From positions 1,431,129-1,495,128 of the forward strand of contig NW_003314306.1 in the NCBI RefSeq assembly GCF_000143415.4: a DNA stretch of 64,000 nucleotides, in the 5' to 3' direction. The notes under the pieces were generated by a model, which had not been told where the DNA came from, did not search any database, and was given only the letters and a program-made list of their open reading frames with translations. Made by a program: the position numbers and the translations under genes. Below, one piece after another: positions 61,854-64,000 of the stretch (positions are counted from its first letter, which is position 1; each line of letters begins with the position of its first letter). This DNA is from Selaginella moellendorffii (taxonomy: Eukaryota; Plantae; Lycopodiophyta).

Positions 61854-64000
61854 CTTTCTATTTCAAATTTATATGTACAAGGTGGTGTTAGGGATCTTGG
61901 TGAGACAAGGAGAGCTTCATGGTTGAGTAGCAGTTTGTGTTCCATATCATCTGTATAGCCAAAAGATTTTTAAAATTCACAGACTAATATATAATCCTCT
62001 ATTATTTGGATCTGCAAATACACGGAGCAAGGTCAATAGGAAATCATTGCTATTCATAAAAATATTCTTAAATACTAAAGAATATATTATTAAGGTTTAG
62101 GTATTTTAAGGAAAAATATAATTTTAATAATATTTAGGTCTGTGTAAACTACCATTATCTATTTTAGTATCAATAGTTGCTATTTAATAGAGGTTTTATG
62201 TTAGTACCTAGTTTATAGAAGAAAATATTACTTTACTATTTAATGATTAGTATTTCTACTAATTATTTAAGTAGAATTTCCTACTCATTATTACTATAAA
62301 ACTCCTTAGAGTGTAATTATGAGAAATGCCTTATGTTATTTAAGGTTTAATTTATAAATAAAATTTTAATTATAACTATAATAAAATATAATATAATACT
62401 AATATCAAATTATTTCTCAGTCATAAATATCTTATATTTAAATATTACAGGGTGACAAATCCAAACTTTAACATTTGGATCCATCCTAAAAAACATATAA
62501 CAAAATATATATACATATGTTTGCAAGGATGAAAAATTTATCAAAAGTCTGATGTTAAAGAAAGTATTACTTGGGAATATGTTTGTAAGCCTTCCCATTT
62601 GCAATATCAATTTGTAGTGCATCTGAATTTGGAGTTGAACTTCAAGCAAGTTGCACTGTAAAACAAAAGTCTAGTACACACTCAAAATCCTTTATGATCA
62701 CTAACTCCTTGTATTCAACTCTTGCATACAAAATAATATTAGATTTATTTTAGCAAAATTTCAACATACTAGTACCCCATTAACTAGAACAATTTAGAGC
62801 TTGGGCTTAAACCCAAGCTTGACACTTAACAAAAAGCCACACAACTCAATAAGAGCTAACCTAATATGTCAAGTGGTTGACTATACTTCTAACCATTATC
62901 TCTACTATATATTTAGAACCACCCATACCTAGAATAAAAGATGGCCGAGAATCCTCTAAATCATCAAAGAACACTCAAAGCTCATTTATTGTAAACATGA
63001 GTGTTACATCTATCGACTATAACATAGATTACCAAGCTCTTTTTCATTGATAAACTAAGCTTTTTACCACATTAAAGCTCAAAAACTTGTGTGTAATATT
63101 TAGATTGAAAACAATCTTAACATCACTAGCTTGAATGGCCCTTGGCCTTCATAAGTTGATTGTATATAGAATTATTGAGTTCTATAGAATTACTATGAAC
63201 TCAAGACTTCAATTCTTGAACTTTTACCATGGGATGTGGATGTGTATATATAATGGATTCCACCATATTCATTTTAGCATTCTCTAAACTCTTCACAAAA
63301 AGAGAATCATTATGTTAATGTTTAGCTTTGTAGTAATGAAAACAATTATCCTTCACTTTATCTTTTTCATGTTGGTACAAACAAAGCTTCTTGACCTTAT
63401 TACTATCTCCATTCTTCTAGCCTCAAATCCTCTTTGAACTGCTCATTTCCATTGAGCTTAAACCTTTGATGAAACATTATACTTTTAGTAATTCATTTCA
63501 GGTTACCCAACCTAATACTATTTAAATCCCAAATATCTCAAAACCCTTAACTGATTGAAAAAGGGGTGCACTCTTTTTTATAGGTTATTTCCCTATAAAT
63601 TATCTTTCAAATTGTTCTTTTTAGTTGCTTATAATCCATTATGCTTCCATATAAGTTCATCCCCCCGTAACCAAAAGCTGAGAGCTATAACTTTCCTAAA
63701 AGCCCCACTTTATTGACACTCTATCCTTCAAGTTGAACCCAATCAGAGGCAAACTGAACTTGCTAGATATCAATTTTAATATGTGATATGATTCCCCTAG
63801 CTAACTAATAAAGTTAGAATTTAAACCAATTTAATACTAATAAATTTTTAAATTTAAAATTCCCGTGAGGTCACCCAACCTAGTACTATTCAAACTCAAA
63901 AACATTTAACCTTAAATATTTTAAAACTCTTAACCAATTGAGAAAGGGGTACACTTTTTCATAAGCCATTTCATTCTATATTTAAACCCTTATTGATTGT

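Overview
Eukaryotic land-plant nuclear DNA, most likely a lycophyte such as Selaginella. This is inferred from the many ~50-60 nt introns, tight gene packing, and the presence of BTA1 and a hemerythrin-class GST, both associated with non-seed plants. The first ~21 kb is gene-dense: an F-box/kelch protein, lumazine synthase, a GST-hemerythrin fusion, a CRIB-RopGAP, a TM/ARM-repeat protein and betaine lipid synthase BTA1. From ~21 kb on, the window is mostly transposon debris and pseudogenes: a Gypsy integrase remnant, an LTR with a PBS, a ~5 kb foldback inverted repeat, two alpha-carbonic anhydrase pseudogenes, and PI4K-gamma, PPR, LINE and methyltransferase fragments. It also holds a tRNA-Pro(AGG), a nuclear rpl20 with an N-terminal extension, and three assembly gaps. 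The most notable element is an apparently intact 5-exon gene (53193-55934, minus strand, 837 aa by manual splicing). It has a Crinkler/CR-type architecture: SAM-like header, P-loop NTPase, PD-(D/E)xK-like domain and C-terminal bipartite NLS. Pieces of this gene and its flanks recur three times in the window joined to fragments of BTA1, suggesting local mobility or gene-fragment capture. All family assignments come from motif recognition by eye; no database searches were run.
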